Positions 41,601 to 49,994 of a DNA stretch of 64,000 nucleotides are shown here, one piece after another. A program made the position numbers and the translations under genes. The notes below the pieces were generated by a model. It was given only the letters and a program-made list of their open reading frames with translations, ran no database searches and was not told the DNA's origin. Location of the stretch: contig CAYOBQ010000018.1 of assembly GCA_964402225.1 (NCBI GenBank), positions 9,290 to 73,289 on the forward strand, read 5' to 3'. Each line of letters begins with the position of its first letter. The stretch's first letter is position 1. This DNA is from an uncultured Nannocystaceae bacterium (GTDB lineage: Bacteria > Myxococcota_A > Bradymonadia > UBA7976 > UBA1532).

Positions 41601-41971
41601 AGGACCGCGCGATCCGGGTCGGGCTCGTCGGTGAGCAGCGCCCCGATGTCCGCATCGTAGTCCGGCCCCGGAGGTGGCAGGACGGCGCCGTAGAGCATTT
41701 CCTGGGCCGTCGCTCCGCCAGCGCTCGCCATGTAGACGACGGACTCGAGGTCATCGGCGAGATAGAAGGTGGCGCTGTCGTAGATCCCGAACATCAGCGC
41801 GCGCCGCGGGTCGTAGTAGCGGGGATCGAGCGGCTCGGTGCTGATGCGCTCCAGATCCTGGCGATAGAGTCTGACGCTCTCGTTGAAGGCCCACGAGGTG
41901 CCGTTGTCGCGGTCTGGCTGCACGCGATGAAGCGCGACCACGAGGATGGGATGAGCTGGCTGGTGATTCAT
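38648..41971 (-). CDS. Large protein of unknown function (1107 aa). It is the first gene of the KAP NTPase module and contains an HEHGH (HExxH) motif.
   Basis: It is an uninterrupted complex-sequence ORF with no signal peptide and no Walker motif. The motif LFHEHGHWLLRC fits HExxH. Its stop overlaps the KAP start. Confidence 0.75.
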   Translation of the reverse strand: MNHQPAHPILVVALHRVQPDRDNGTSWAFNESVRLYRQDLERISTEPLDPRYYDPRRALMFGIYDSATFYLADDLESVVYMASAGGATAQEMLYGAVLPPPGPDYDADIGALLTDEPDPDRAVLGVVCIKLTDAIATASGHALETATAAMVYERARVRGCHCVVLDAYSWPELVVVISGPTAHAVASVAADIESIQVHHLPEVYGRLREALRSSGDDSPLYVPRGIIRRWIADRRLQTGGLANPTGFTADALDQLLGVSHVVVAARAYTGLHAAGLLGWLGDGEAHRATTEVCRAVCNPTHDDDAEDHDRAAFIDDLGGRVEEAFSHAEEGSDRVRALIQWLPKPGHADEVRDVVQLFADRLMEAHGDTRADVSDASGPLGTTIALRCEVPDGRRGFVVLVALACWSRAHLEHARHVLDVTSLLGRTPTTGLEQRKAGPRGRRYGYSTLSHNQAPSQARFERDRLSARSIGRIEALALRGWLNALADTLSLPDMFGSVVDLADLAAVVRRVVFYPDTKGYAAPELPTLVGEVTEYGQHALEQRVQFSPLMGGVPPLSGEVPVGTNQLIGVVTNVASAIFALDERTWATRRRAEGVPRPKSAAMTAFFSADAAIETRGLGRIPVLRLSQLQAMNPLTLTVLFHEHGHWLLRCWLSPDAHRDTRASFDACAREIGAFGAADHRHAWLDRQRALFLEDIFAHAVWRRAGATSWRRFELQFLLGQAMGLRRAEGIVSAADRALVWAETTLHLLIQRQLHDLDNPPFGPRIVALVGRRLGQGVFDEMLERVWRYCEHEVGDDQAQLRALLEGHYLSPLCRWVGSKSDALADFNDRCDGLFKKLDTLVSDLEAEEKLLASKSTDYDTLDPHLSAGMEPAAPWSVLAGRELEPDAEPERLRELAASARPSQHAYLWIRKVLSHITDRFGELLPSTGPIGVRRGPENTIPTLEPGAYTNHLGGVFVIGETHRETWLSLRVSTLRVLADVALRIRAGRVLRYLSRERAYPRFRGVECSFDLEIDGTCAAAFAVDITPDGGLGGRLAEGHPRLPPVEQSAGATRPEITIHAGSRRLHGLLCWTEPEDRTFGAKIEGLEYEDRSQWPPTWLAPTEPEA

Positions 41972-41975
41972 GGTT

Positions 41976-41998
41976 GCCCGTGAGTGAACCTCACGGGC
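41976..41998 (-). promoter_or_regulatory. Perfect 8-bp inverted repeat (GCCCGTGA n7 TCACGGGC), 5-27 nt upstream of the start codon of the 1107-aa gene.
   Basis: The plus-strand sequence is gcccgtgagtgaacctcacgggc. It lies between the stop of the upstream lipoprotein gene (42023) and the ATG at 41971. No U-tract is present. It could be a leader hairpin or an operator. Confidence 0.25.
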
Positions 41999-42022
41999 TT
42001 ATACCGCAACGCGGATCGAGAT

Positions 42023-42556
42023 TCACGGGTAGCTGGAGTTGCCCACCGTGACGGTGTCGTAGGGCACGTCGTCGATGCCGAAGCGGCACTGTTTGCCCGA
42101 GGCGCAGAAACAGTCGGTCTTCTCGTAGTTCGGGCTGCAGAAGCCGTCGTGGCCGCTATCTTCCGTGCACTCGACCGGCATGCACGCGACGATCCACTTG
42201 AGGTTGCCGATGACGATGCGCCCGCCCACCTGGGCCAGCGGGATCGTGTCCGTCCGGTTCTCGCCCGTGGCGGCGGTGCCGAAGCGCAGGAGGTTGAGTC
42301 CGTCTTCGAGGCGAGCGACGGCGAAGCGCTCGATCTCGCCTCCATCGGGGAAGCTCCGGGAGAGCCGGTTCCGGTGGAGGACGATCCGTCCGTTCTCGGC
42401 GATGTGCGCCACCGCGACGCGCCGTCCGGCGCCGTCGGCCTTGGACACCTCGGCGGAGAGCTCGTTGGGATCGATGTGGGTGATCTCCGGCTCGGCGACG
42501 TCCGCGCTGCAGGCGGCGAAGGAGAGGGAGAGGAGCAGAATCGAGAGGTGTCGCAT
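42023..42556 (-). CDS. Small lipoprotein (177 aa) with a Cys-containing C-terminal region.
   Basis: The N-terminus MRHLSILLLSLSFAAC|SAD is a lipobox. The composition is complex. Confidence 0.6.
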   Translation of the reverse strand: MRHLSILLLSLSFAACSADVAEPEITHIDPNELSAEVSKADGAGRRVAVAHIAENGRIVLHRNRLSRSFPDGGEIERFAVARLEDGLNLLRFGTAATGENRTDTIPLAQVGGRIVIGNLKWIVACMPVECTEDSGHDGFCSPNYEKTDCFCASGKQCRFGIDDVPYDTVTVGNSSYP

Positions 42557-42663
42557 CTTGGGCCTCCATCATGGGTTGCGATGGGGCTTTCGCGGGGCCG
42601 CTTGGAAGCCTGACAGGCTTTGTTCAGAAAAGGACGCACCTGAAACGGCCGCTTCGGCGGCGT

Positions 42664-43707
42664 TCAGCGCAGCGCTTCGAGGGTGGCCTCGGCCTCCTCC
42701 ATGATGCGGGCGATGAGCTGCGCGACGGTTGGCAGGGTGTCGATTGTGCCGACGATCTGGCCGGTGGGGAGGATGCCGATGTCGGGGTTGCCCTCGACCA
42801 TCGAGGCGCGGGTGAGCATCGGCGCGTTGGCGGCCATGGCGACCTGGGCCCACGTCAGGCCGCGGCTGCGCTTCATCGCGACGCCCTCGCGGACGAGGTC
42901 GCCGAGGGAGGTCTTCGTGAGGCGCCGGAGGCGGAGGGCGTTGGCGGCGGCGCGGAGGAAGCGGGCGGGGCCCGTCGACCGTTCCAGGCTGCGGACGAGC
43001 TCGGTGGCGACGACGCGCTGGGGGGCGCCGTCGATGGCCCGGGTGACGACGGTGCCGGTGACCGGGGTCGCGAGATAGCGTCGCTTCACGGCGTCGGGGA
43101 CGGGGCTCTCTCGGGTGAGGAGGAAGCGGGTGCCCATGGCGACGCCGGCGGCGCCGTAGGCCAGCGCCGCGACGAGGCCCTGGCCGCTGCCGAAGCCCCC
43201 GGCGCCGAGGACCGGGACGTCCACCGCGTCGACGACCTCGGGGAGCAGAAGCGTGGTGGGGACCGAGCCGGTGTGCCCGCCGCCCTCGCCGCCCTGGGCG
43301 ATGATCGCGTCGACGCCGAGGGCGGCGACCTTCTCCGCGTGGCGCCGGGCCCCGACGGTGGGCATCGTGAGCACGCCTCCGCGCCGGAGACGCTCGATGA
43401 GCGCCGGCTTGGGGGCGCCCGCGAAGGAGGCGAGACGCACGCCCTGCTCGATGAGCAGATCGACGACGCGCTCCGCCCCCGGCTGGTCGGCGCGCAGGTT
43501 CACCCCGAAGGGCTGCTGGGTGCGGGCCTTCACGTCGGCGATGGAGGCGCTCAGCTCGTCGAAGCCGAGGGTCGCGGCGGCGAGGATGCCGAGGCCCCCC
43601 GCTTCGCTGGTGGCCGCCGTGAGCGCGGGGACGGAGACCCACCCCATGCCCGTCTGCACGATGGGGTGGCGCACGCCGACGAGCTCGCAGAAGGCTGTGG
43701 GCTTCAC
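42664..43707 (-). CDS. NAD(P)H-dependent flavin oxidoreductase of the nitronate monooxygenase (2-nitropropane dioxygenase) family.
   Basis: A GTG start overlaps the upstream stop. The blocks VKPTAFCELVGVRHPIVQTGMGWVS and IIAQGGEGGGHTG are present. Confidence 0.8.
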   Translation of the reverse strand: MKPTAFCELVGVRHPIVQTGMGWVSVPALTAATSEAGGLGILAAATLGFDELSASIADVKARTQQPFGVNLRADQPGAERVVDLLIEQGVRLASFAGAPKPALIERLRRGGVLTMPTVGARRHAEKVAALGVDAIIAQGGEGGGHTGSVPTTLLLPEVVDAVDVPVLGAGGFGSGQGLVAALAYGAAGVAMGTRFLLTRESPVPDAVKRRYLATPVTGTVVTRAIDGAPQRVVATELVRSLERSTGPARFLRAAANALRLRRLTKTSLGDLVREGVAMKRSRGLTWAQVAMAANAPMLTRASMVEGNPDIGILPTGQIVGTIDTLPTVAQLIARIMEEAEATLEALR

Positions 43708-44438
43708 GGGTCGGCGAGGGTCGCCCGGGCGGCGCCGTCGGGGTCGATGACCTCCCGGATCAAGCGCAACGCCTCGGCCCCGGGCGCGGGCGTCGTGGTC
43801 ACGGGGTCCGTGCGGTGCAGCTCGAAGCCGGTGCGCTCGGCGACGGTGTCTTCCTCGACCCCGGGGTGGACCGAAACGAGGCGCAGCTCGCCCCCCGGGC
43901 CACCGAGATCCAAGACCGCGAGATCGGTGACGACGCGTCGGATCTCGTGGAACCGCCCCCCCGGTCCGAGGCGCGCGGCCCGGTCCGAGCCAACGCCCGA
44001 GACGAGGTCCACGGCGGGGACGAAGACGCGGGCGCTGTGACGCGGGACAAAGTAGCTGGTGGGGTGGCAGATGGTGTTGCCCGGGGCGCCGCGGACCCCG
44101 AGCAGCATCGCCTTGGGCCGTCGCCACTCCCCGATACAGGCGATGTTCTGGTTGCCGAAGCGATCGATCTGGCTGGCGCCCATCATCACGTGGCGTCGGC
44201 CCGACCAGACGATGTCGAAGACGCGGCGGTAGTTGATGCGACCCTCGGCGTGGCCGTCGGCGTCGACCAGGGTGGCGACGCCGTCGCTGAGGCAGAGATC
44301 GGGCTCGAAGGTGAGCCGCGCGAGCCGCGCGCCCGCCCGGGGGATCGGGCCCATCGGGCTCGCCAGGATCTCCCCGTCGCCGCGGAAGGCCTCGGCGCAA
44401 GCGAGGATGCAGATCTCGGCTCGGCTCGCTCGCTTCAT
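43704..44438 (-). CDS. CoA-transferase subunit B (3-oxoacid or glutaconate CoA-transferase family).
   Basis: The start is MKRASRAEICILACAEAF, with an ATGA overlap to subunit A. The ORF-track start at 44588 is a spurious extension. Confidence 0.8.
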   Translation of the reverse strand: MKRASRAEICILACAEAFRGDGEILASPMGPIPRAGARLARLTFEPDLCLSDGVATLVDADGHAEGRINYRRVFDIVWSGRRHVMMGASQIDRFGNQNIACIGEWRRPKAMLLGVRGAPGNTICHPTSYFVPRHSARVFVPAVDLVSGVGSDRAARLGPGGRFHEIRRVVTDLAVLDLGGPGGELRLVSVHPGVEEDTVAERTGFELHRTDPVTTTPAPGAEALRLIREVIDPDGAARATLADP

Positions 44439-45283
44439 CGCCGCCGCTCCAGCGCCGCCGCCCGCCGGTACTCCGCCTCCGAGACGTCGATGTAACGGCG
44501 CCGGAAGTCGGCCCAGGCGTCGGGGTCCTTGGCGCTGTCGGCGTACGTCCGCTGGAAGGCTTCGTCGCGACCGTAGGCGGGGGGGCACGACGTGAAGTGC
44601 GCGCCGCCGGGCGCACAGACCACCGCGTGGGTGAAGATCCGGGGCAACGCGAGCGTGTGCGCCGGACCCAGCTCGGCGGTGGGGACGATGCGCTCACAGC
44701 TCACGTAGGTGCGCGCCGCGGCGCCGGCGAAGAGGTCGTCGAAGAAGGGATCGGGGCCGTCGATGGCGCAGTTGCCTCGCGCGTCGGCGCGGTGGACGTG
44801 GATGAGCGCGGCGTCGAGGGGGAGCGCCTTCATCGCCACGAGCTCCTCGGCGTCGGTGTAGGGAGAGGTGACGGTGCGCAGCCAAGGGTTGATGCGCAGG
44901 ACGTCGGAGCCCAGACCCGCGCGGGTGGGCAGGAAGGGCAGGCGCAGCTTCGCCGCGTAGAGGCCCCATTGCAGCATGCCCTCGTCGATCTCGACGGGCT
45001 CGATGGTCCCCGCTTGACGGGCTCGGCGAAAGTGGGGCTCCAGCGGGATCGAGTCGAGGGACGCGAAGCCGTAGACGACCTCGCGGGCCTGCCCGGTGGC
45101 GCACAGCACGCCCACGTCGGGCCCCGCGTAGCTGATGATGCGAAGGTCGCGCAGGGACGAGCGGGCGATGGCGCGCACCAGGGCCATCGGCTTGCGCCGC
45201 GATCCCCACCCGCCGATACCGATGGTCATCCCATCGCGCAGCTCGGAGACCACCCCTTCGAGGCTCGCGCGCTTGTCAGCCAT
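44435..45283 (-). CDS. CoA-transferase subunit A.
   Basis: The start reads MADKRASLEGVVSELRDGMTIGIGGWG. Confidence 0.8.
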   Translation of the reverse strand: MADKRASLEGVVSELRDGMTIGIGGWGSRRKPMALVRAIARSSLRDLRIISYAGPDVGVLCATGQAREVVYGFASLDSIPLEPHFRRARQAGTIEPVEIDEGMLQWGLYAAKLRLPFLPTRAGLGSDVLRINPWLRTVTSPYTDAEELVAMKALPLDAALIHVHRADARGNCAIDGPDPFFDDLFAGAAARTYVSCERIVPTAELGPAHTLALPRIFTHAVVCAPGGAHFTSCPPAYGRDEAFQRTYADSAKDPDAWADFRRRYIDVSEAEYRRAAALERRR

Positions 45284-46028
45284 CTTCGTCCCCCTCGCCG
45301 ACGAAGGCGTCACGCGCGATGTCGCCGGCGCCCAACAAGTTGAGCTCGAAGGTGAAGCCTTGCTCGAAACGGTAGCTGCGGTTCACGTCGATGGGATCGA
45401 TGCCGTTGAGGCACGCCTTCGCCGCGCGGACGACGGCGGGGGGCTTGGCGGCGATGGTGGTGGCGAGCGCCCACGCCGCGCCGCGCAGCGCCTCGGCTGG
45501 GACCACTCGATGCACCGTCCCGTAGCGATGCAGCTCGGCGGCCGTCGCGCGCTCGCACGTGTAGACCATCGCCCGCATGCGCTGCCGTGGCACCAGCCGC
45601 GCGAGGTGGGTGGCGGCGCCGAGGGCCCCGCGATCGACCTCCGGGAGCCCGAAGGTGGCGTCCACAGACGCGACCACGACGTCGGCGTTGCCGACCAGGC
45701 CGATGCCCCCGCCGAGGCAATAGCCGTGGACGGCGCAGATCACCGGGACGGCGCACTCGTAGATCGCCTTGAAGGCCGCGTAGCAACCGCGGTTCGCTCC
45801 GACGAGGGCCTCGAAGCCCTCCGTGCGCTGCATCTCCTTCAGATCCACGCCGGCGTTGAAGCCGCCGCCGTCGGCGCGCAGCACGACGACGCGCACGCCG
45901 GGATCGGCGCCGAGGGTGTCGAGCCGACGCGCGAGGTCGAACCAGCCGGCGACGTCCAGGGCGTTCACCGGTGGGTTGGACATCACGATCTCGGCGATGC
46001 CGTCCGTGACGCCGTGGGTGGTGGGCAA
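45276..46028 (-). CDS. Enoyl-CoA hydratase/isomerase (crotonase) family protein.
   Basis: The N-terminus ...HGVTDGIAEIVMSNPPVNAL...FNAGVDLKEM has the classic crotonase fold. The start is either a TTG at 46028 or the ATG at 45983, which overlaps the MFS stop as TGATG. The ORF-track start at 46424 is an artefact. Confidence 0.75.
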   Translation of the reverse strand: MPTTHGVTDGIAEIVMSNPPVNALDVAGWFDLARRLDTLGADPGVRVVVLRADGGGFNAGVDLKEMQRTEGFEALVGANRGCYAAFKAIYECAVPVICAVHGYCLGGGIGLVGNADVVVASVDATFGLPEVDRGALGAATHLARLVPRQRMRAMVYTCERATAAELHRYGTVHRVVPAEALRGAAWALATTIAAKPPAVVRAAKACLNGIDPIDVNRSYRFEQGFTFELNLLGAGDIARDAFVGEGDEDG

Positions 46029-47218
46029 GCGAGCCTCCCGCGCCGAGGTAGAACTTGTTCTACTCCGCCGACGAGGGTCCGACAAGCGAGGAGCGCGGCG
46101 AGGCCGAGGGTGACCCCCGTCAGGGCTGCGTCCCCGGCCCGCGCGGTGGCGTCGGCTGCGGCGCCGGCTGCGAGGGCGCCGGCGGCCATCCCGGCGGTCG
46201 ACAGGAGCACATCGATGGCGCCGACGCGGCCCCGGAGGGCGTCGGGCGTGAGCCGCTGCATCGCGGTGGAGGTCCAGACCCAGTTGGCCCCGGAGCCCAC
46301 GCCCCAGGCGAAGGCCGAGAGCACCAGCCAGACGAGGTCCTGACCGAAGGCGAAGCCGAGCACTCCGAGGAAGGCGATGGCGTCGAGGCGCGGACCCTCG
46401 ATACGGAGGCGGCGCAGGAGCCACGAGCCGACCCCGCAGCCGACGGCGCGGGCGAAGTGGAGGGCCCCGATCGCGAGGGCACCGGAGAGCGCGTAGCCCA
46501 ACAGGTTGAGGGCCACCCAGCCGCCGCCGATGGCGACCGCCACCGGCGTCTTGGCCAGCACGGCGCGCAGGAGATCACGACGGTCCGAGGCGTAGCGCCA
46601 GGCTGGTAGCAGGCTGCCGCGGGCGGCGGCGCCCTCCGCGCGCAGCGACGGCAGGCCCCGGAGCAGACGGGCGGCGACGAAGAAGCTCAAGGCGTCGATC
46701 ACCAGCGCCGGCACCGGTCCGACGAACGCCGACACCAACCCTCCGAGGGCCACGCCCACGGCGAAGAGGACGCTCCAGGTGATCGCGTCGAAGGCGTTCG
46801 CGTCGGCGAGCTCCTCCGGCTCGACGACCCGGGCGAGGGCGGCGCGCGCCGCGGGCATGTGGAAGGCGCCGACCACCACCCGCAGGAACAACAACGCCTG
46901 GAGGGCGAGGAGGTGGCCGGCCCAGGCGGCGGCGACCATGCCCAGCGTGACGACCCCTCGCAGCAGGTGGGCGCCGACCATCAGCGTGCGGCGGTCGAGA
47001 CGGTCGGCGACCGGGCCGGCGATGGGCGCGAGCAGCGCGTGGGGCAAGGTGTGGATGACGAAGACCAGCGCCAGCGCGAGGGCGCCGCCGTCCTCGCGCA
47101 CGACGAGGACGGAGACGGCGATGTAGCTCATCCAGGTGCCGAGGGCGGAGGCGACATCGGAGGCCCAGAGCCGACGAAAGCCGGGACGACGGGACAGCAG
47201 GGAGAGGAACGTCTTCAT
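45983..47218 (-). CDS. MFS transporter.
   Basis: Twelve hydrophobic segments are present. It is the first gene of the catabolic operon. Confidence 0.8.
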   Translation of the reverse strand: MKTFLSLLSRRPGFRRLWASDVASALGTWMSYIAVSVLVVREDGGALALALVFVIHTLPHALLAPIAGPVADRLDRRTLMVGAHLLRGVVTLGMVAAAWAGHLLALQALLFLRVVVGAFHMPAARAALARVVEPEELADANAFDAITWSVLFAVGVALGGLVSAFVGPVPALVIDALSFFVAARLLRGLPSLRAEGAAARGSLLPAWRYASDRRDLLRAVLAKTPVAVAIGGGWVALNLLGYALSGALAIGALHFARAVGCGVGSWLLRRLRIEGPRLDAIAFLGVLGFAFGQDLVWLVLSAFAWGVGSGANWVWTSTAMQRLTPDALRGRVGAIDVLLSTAGMAAGALAAGAAADATARAGDAALTGVTLGLAALLACRTLVGGVEQVLPRRGRLACPPPTASRTASPRS

Positions 47219-47291
47219 GGATCCACGGTAGCGCTTGCCCGCTCGGCTGCTGACGATCTGGCTCTCTCGTTAGCCAGATGTCGACGCGTTG

Positions 47292-47993
47292 TCAGCGGAC
47301 CAGTCCGTAGAGCCGGCTGAGGGTGTGGGGCGGGACGCCGAGCTTGAAGAGCGCCGGGAAGGTGAGGGTCATCGCGGTGGTGCGCAGCGGGCGCGCCGCG
47401 AAGCGTCGGCCGGAGGTGGTGACCGTGTGCCGCAGGCGCGCCACCCGGCCGTGGGCCGCCATGCGCTGGGCGAAGTCGCAGTCCTCCATCAACGGGATGT
47501 CGCGGTAGCCACCCATCGCGTCAAAGACGCGGCGCCGTACGAAGAAGGCGCAGTCGCCCCACGGTTGGCCGAGGACATTGGGGCGGATATCGGCGAAACG
47601 GAGGCCGAGGTTCGTGAGTCGCCCTCGCTCGGGGCTGACGGTCTTCAGGCGGAACCAGCCGCCGGCGACGTCGGCCGACGCCATCGCCTCTGCGACCGCG
47701 GCGAGCCAGCCCACGGAGAGCACCGAGTCGGCGTGCAGGAAGAGGAGGGTCTCGGCCCCCGCGTGCCGGGCGCCGACGTTCATCTGGCTCCCGCGGCCCC
47801 TCGGCGCACAGACGAGGCGGACGCTCGGGCGATCCCGCGTGAGGGCCTGCGTGCGATCGCGGCTGCCGCCGTCCGCGACGATCACCTCCACCGGGTCCCG
47901 CGGGTCGAATTGGTCCAGACAGCTCTCGATGACGGCCTCCTCGTCGAGGGTGGGGACCACCACCGAGACCCGGGCCGGGCGTCTAGCTCCCAA
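47292..47993 (-). CDS. Family-2 glycosyltransferase (233 aa).
   Basis: VSVVVPTLDEE...VIVADGGSRDRT is the GT-A DxD-type N-terminal block. Confidence 0.8.
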   Translation of the reverse strand: MGARRPARVSVVVPTLDEEAVIESCLDQFDPRDPVEVIVADGGSRDRTQALTRDRPSVRLVCAPRGRGSQMNVGARHAGAETLLFLHADSVLSVGWLAAVAEAMASADVAGGWFRLKTVSPERGRLTNLGLRFADIRPNVLGQPWGDCAFFVRRRVFDAMGGYRDIPLMEDCDFAQRMAAHGRVARLRHTVTTSGRRFAARPLRTTAMTLTFPALFKLGVPPHTLSRLYGLVR

Positions 47994-48073
47994 TTGCTTT
48001 CCCCCACCGTTGCCGCCCCCATGAGCGGTAGTGTACGAAACCGGGACACCCTGGTCAGAAAGGGCCGCACCCG

Positions 48074-49117
48074 TTGAGTCTCCCTACGCGCAGGCGCCGC
48101 GCGCGCAACCGCCCGCACGATCTCGAGGCCTGGCTCGAGTACGCCACCGTGGCGTTCGAGACGGGAAGCTCAGAGGAGAGCGCGGAGGCGGCCTTGCACG
48201 CCGCGGGCCTCGCCTCATTTCAGGACGAGTACTGGCGCACTGGTCACCTGCTCGCGGCCACCGGGCAACGCGAGGCGGCGGAGAAGCTCTTCAGGCGCGC
48301 CATCTTCGAGGCGCCCCACGAGCCGAAGGCCCACGGGTTGCTCGGGCGCCTCCTGGTCGACGCGGGGCAGATGAAGGAGGGCATGGAGACGATCGCCGCG
48401 GCCATCCGCCTCGGGCCGGAGCGGGCCGAGGGTCACCTGCACCTCGGCCACGCGTTGACGACGTTGGAGCGCCACGAGGAGGCCGTCGAATCACTCCGCA
48501 CCGCGCGGCGCCTCGCCCCCGACGACGACGAGGTCGCGCTGGCGCTGGGCGTCGCCCTCGCTCGGGTGGGTGAGGACGAAGCGGCCGTGGAGTGTCTCGG
48601 CGGGATCCTCGAGCGCGATCCGCGTCAGATCGCGGCCCGCCTCGAGCGCGGGGCGGCCCGGGCGCGGCTCGGAGATCCCACTGCGGCCATCGAAGATCTG
48701 CGCGAGGTCATCCGGCTCGAGCCGGATCTGGCCCAGGCCCATTGGAGCCTGGGGATGGTCTTGCTCGAGGTCGGCCGGCTGGAGTCGGCGGAGGCGATGT
48801 TCGAGGCGGCGCGGGCCCTCGCCCCGGATGAAGGGTTCTCCGGCGTCGAGATCGATCCCGGCGCCGACGAGCGCGAGGCGGAGCTGGTCCTCGAACGCTT
48901 GGAGATCAGCGAGCGCGCGCCCGCCCCGACGACGATGCCGATGATCCCGCCGGGGGCGACGCCGGTGCTGTACGGGCGTCTCGAGGAGTGCCCGCTCGAA
49001 CAGATCGTCGAGCGGCTGGCGGACAGCCCGCGAGCCCACCTGGCGCGGCTCGTCGGTCCGTGGGGGGGCCGGCGACGCGGTGCTGCGGGGCGGCTGGCTG
49101 CTGCTCGCCCAGGCTGA
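48074..49117 (+). CDS. TPR-repeat protein. It is possibly the N-terminal part of a TPR-DUF4388 protein split by a frameshift.
   Basis: TPR helices are repeated. The C-terminal end (VLYGRLEECPLEQIVERLADSPRAHLARLVG) already resembles a DUF4388 start. It overlaps the next ORF, which is in another frame. Confidence 0.55.
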   Translation: MSLPTRRRRARNRPHDLEAWLEYATVAFETGSSEESAEAALHAAGLASFQDEYWRTGHLLAATGQREAAEKLFRRAIFEAPHEPKAHGLLGRLLVDAGQMKEGMETIAAAIRLGPERAEGHLHLGHALTTLERHEEAVESLRTARRLAPDDDEVALALGVALARVGEDEAAVECLGGILERDPRQIAARLERGAARARLGDPTAAIEDLREVIRLEPDLAQAHWSLGMVLLEVGRLESAEAMFEAARALAPDEGFSGVEIDPGADEREAELVLERLEISERAPAPTTMPMIPPGATPVLYGRLEECPLEQIVERLADSPRAHLARLVGPWGGRRRGAAGRLAAARPG

Positions 49118-49994
49118 CGGCGGCGAGGCGTCCGGTGATCCGGCGGCTTCCCTCGCGGCGGCGCGCACCCTGGCCTCCCGACGCTCCGGTGAGTTCGCCT
49201 GCTTCCCGCTCCCCGACGACGCCCCGCTGCCGACGGGGGTGCCATTCGAGGCCGCCCTCGGTGAGGCGCCGACGCCCACGCCGTCGCGTCCGCCAGCGCC
49301 GGCGTCGGTCGAGGACGACGCCGCCGTCGGTCGACTCCGTGGGTTCCTCGCCGCCGAACCCACCAACCCCGACCTGCGACTCGCCCTGGCGGACGCGCTT
49401 CGGGAGCGAGGCGGCGCGGCGGTGGCGGTCCCCGTGCTGCTGGCTGGCGCCGTGCTCGATCCGGAGGACCACCGCTTCTCGGACGCGCTGGCGACGGAGA
49501 TGGCCGCGGGGCCGACGCCCTCCCCCGTCCGCGCCCGCACCGGCCTCGGCGGGGAGATCGAGTCGTGGGCGCTGCGGGATCTGCTGCGGTCCGTGGGGAC
49601 CGGCGCCGGCGGCGTGGTCCGGCTGATCGCGCCGCAGGGCCTCGCCACCATCGAGCTCGCGGGCGGACGGGTGCTCGCCGCGAGCGCGTCCACGACGGCG
49701 CGACTCGGCGGTTTGCTGGTCTCGGGTCGGGTGTTGACGCGGGAGGTGCTGGCGGACCACCTGCTCCACCAGCGCGGCCCGAAGCCGCCGCGCCTGGGGA
49801 CGCTCCTGGTGGACAGCGGCGCGATCGAGGTCGATGTACTCGAGGCGGTCCTCGCCGGACGGATCCGCACGGCCGTCAGCCACGCGTGCCGCTGGGCGCG
49901 GGCGGAGTTCACCTTCGAGCCGCGCGATCTCGGGCCGGAGGGTGACGTCTTTGGCGGGCTACCCCTCGACGAGCTGCTTGGATCCGCGTCATGA
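49080..49994 (+). CDS. DUF4388-domain protein.
   Basis: GEIESWALRDLLRSVGTGAGGVVRLIAP is the DUF4388 signature. The domain is common in Myxococcota. Confidence 0.55.
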   Translation: MLRGGWLLLAQADGGEASGDPAASLAAARTLASRRSGEFACFPLPDDAPLPTGVPFEAALGEAPTPTPSRPPAPASVEDDAAVGRLRGFLAAEPTNPDLRLALADALRERGGAAVAVPVLLAGAVLDPEDHRFSDALATEMAAGPTPSPVRARTGLGGEIESWALRDLLRSVGTGAGGVVRLIAPQGLATIELAGGRVLAASASTTARLGGLLVSGRVLTREVLADHLLHQRGPKPPRLGTLLVDSGAIEVDVLEAVLAGRIRTAVSHACRWARAEFTFEPRDLGPEGDVFGGLPLDELLGSAS

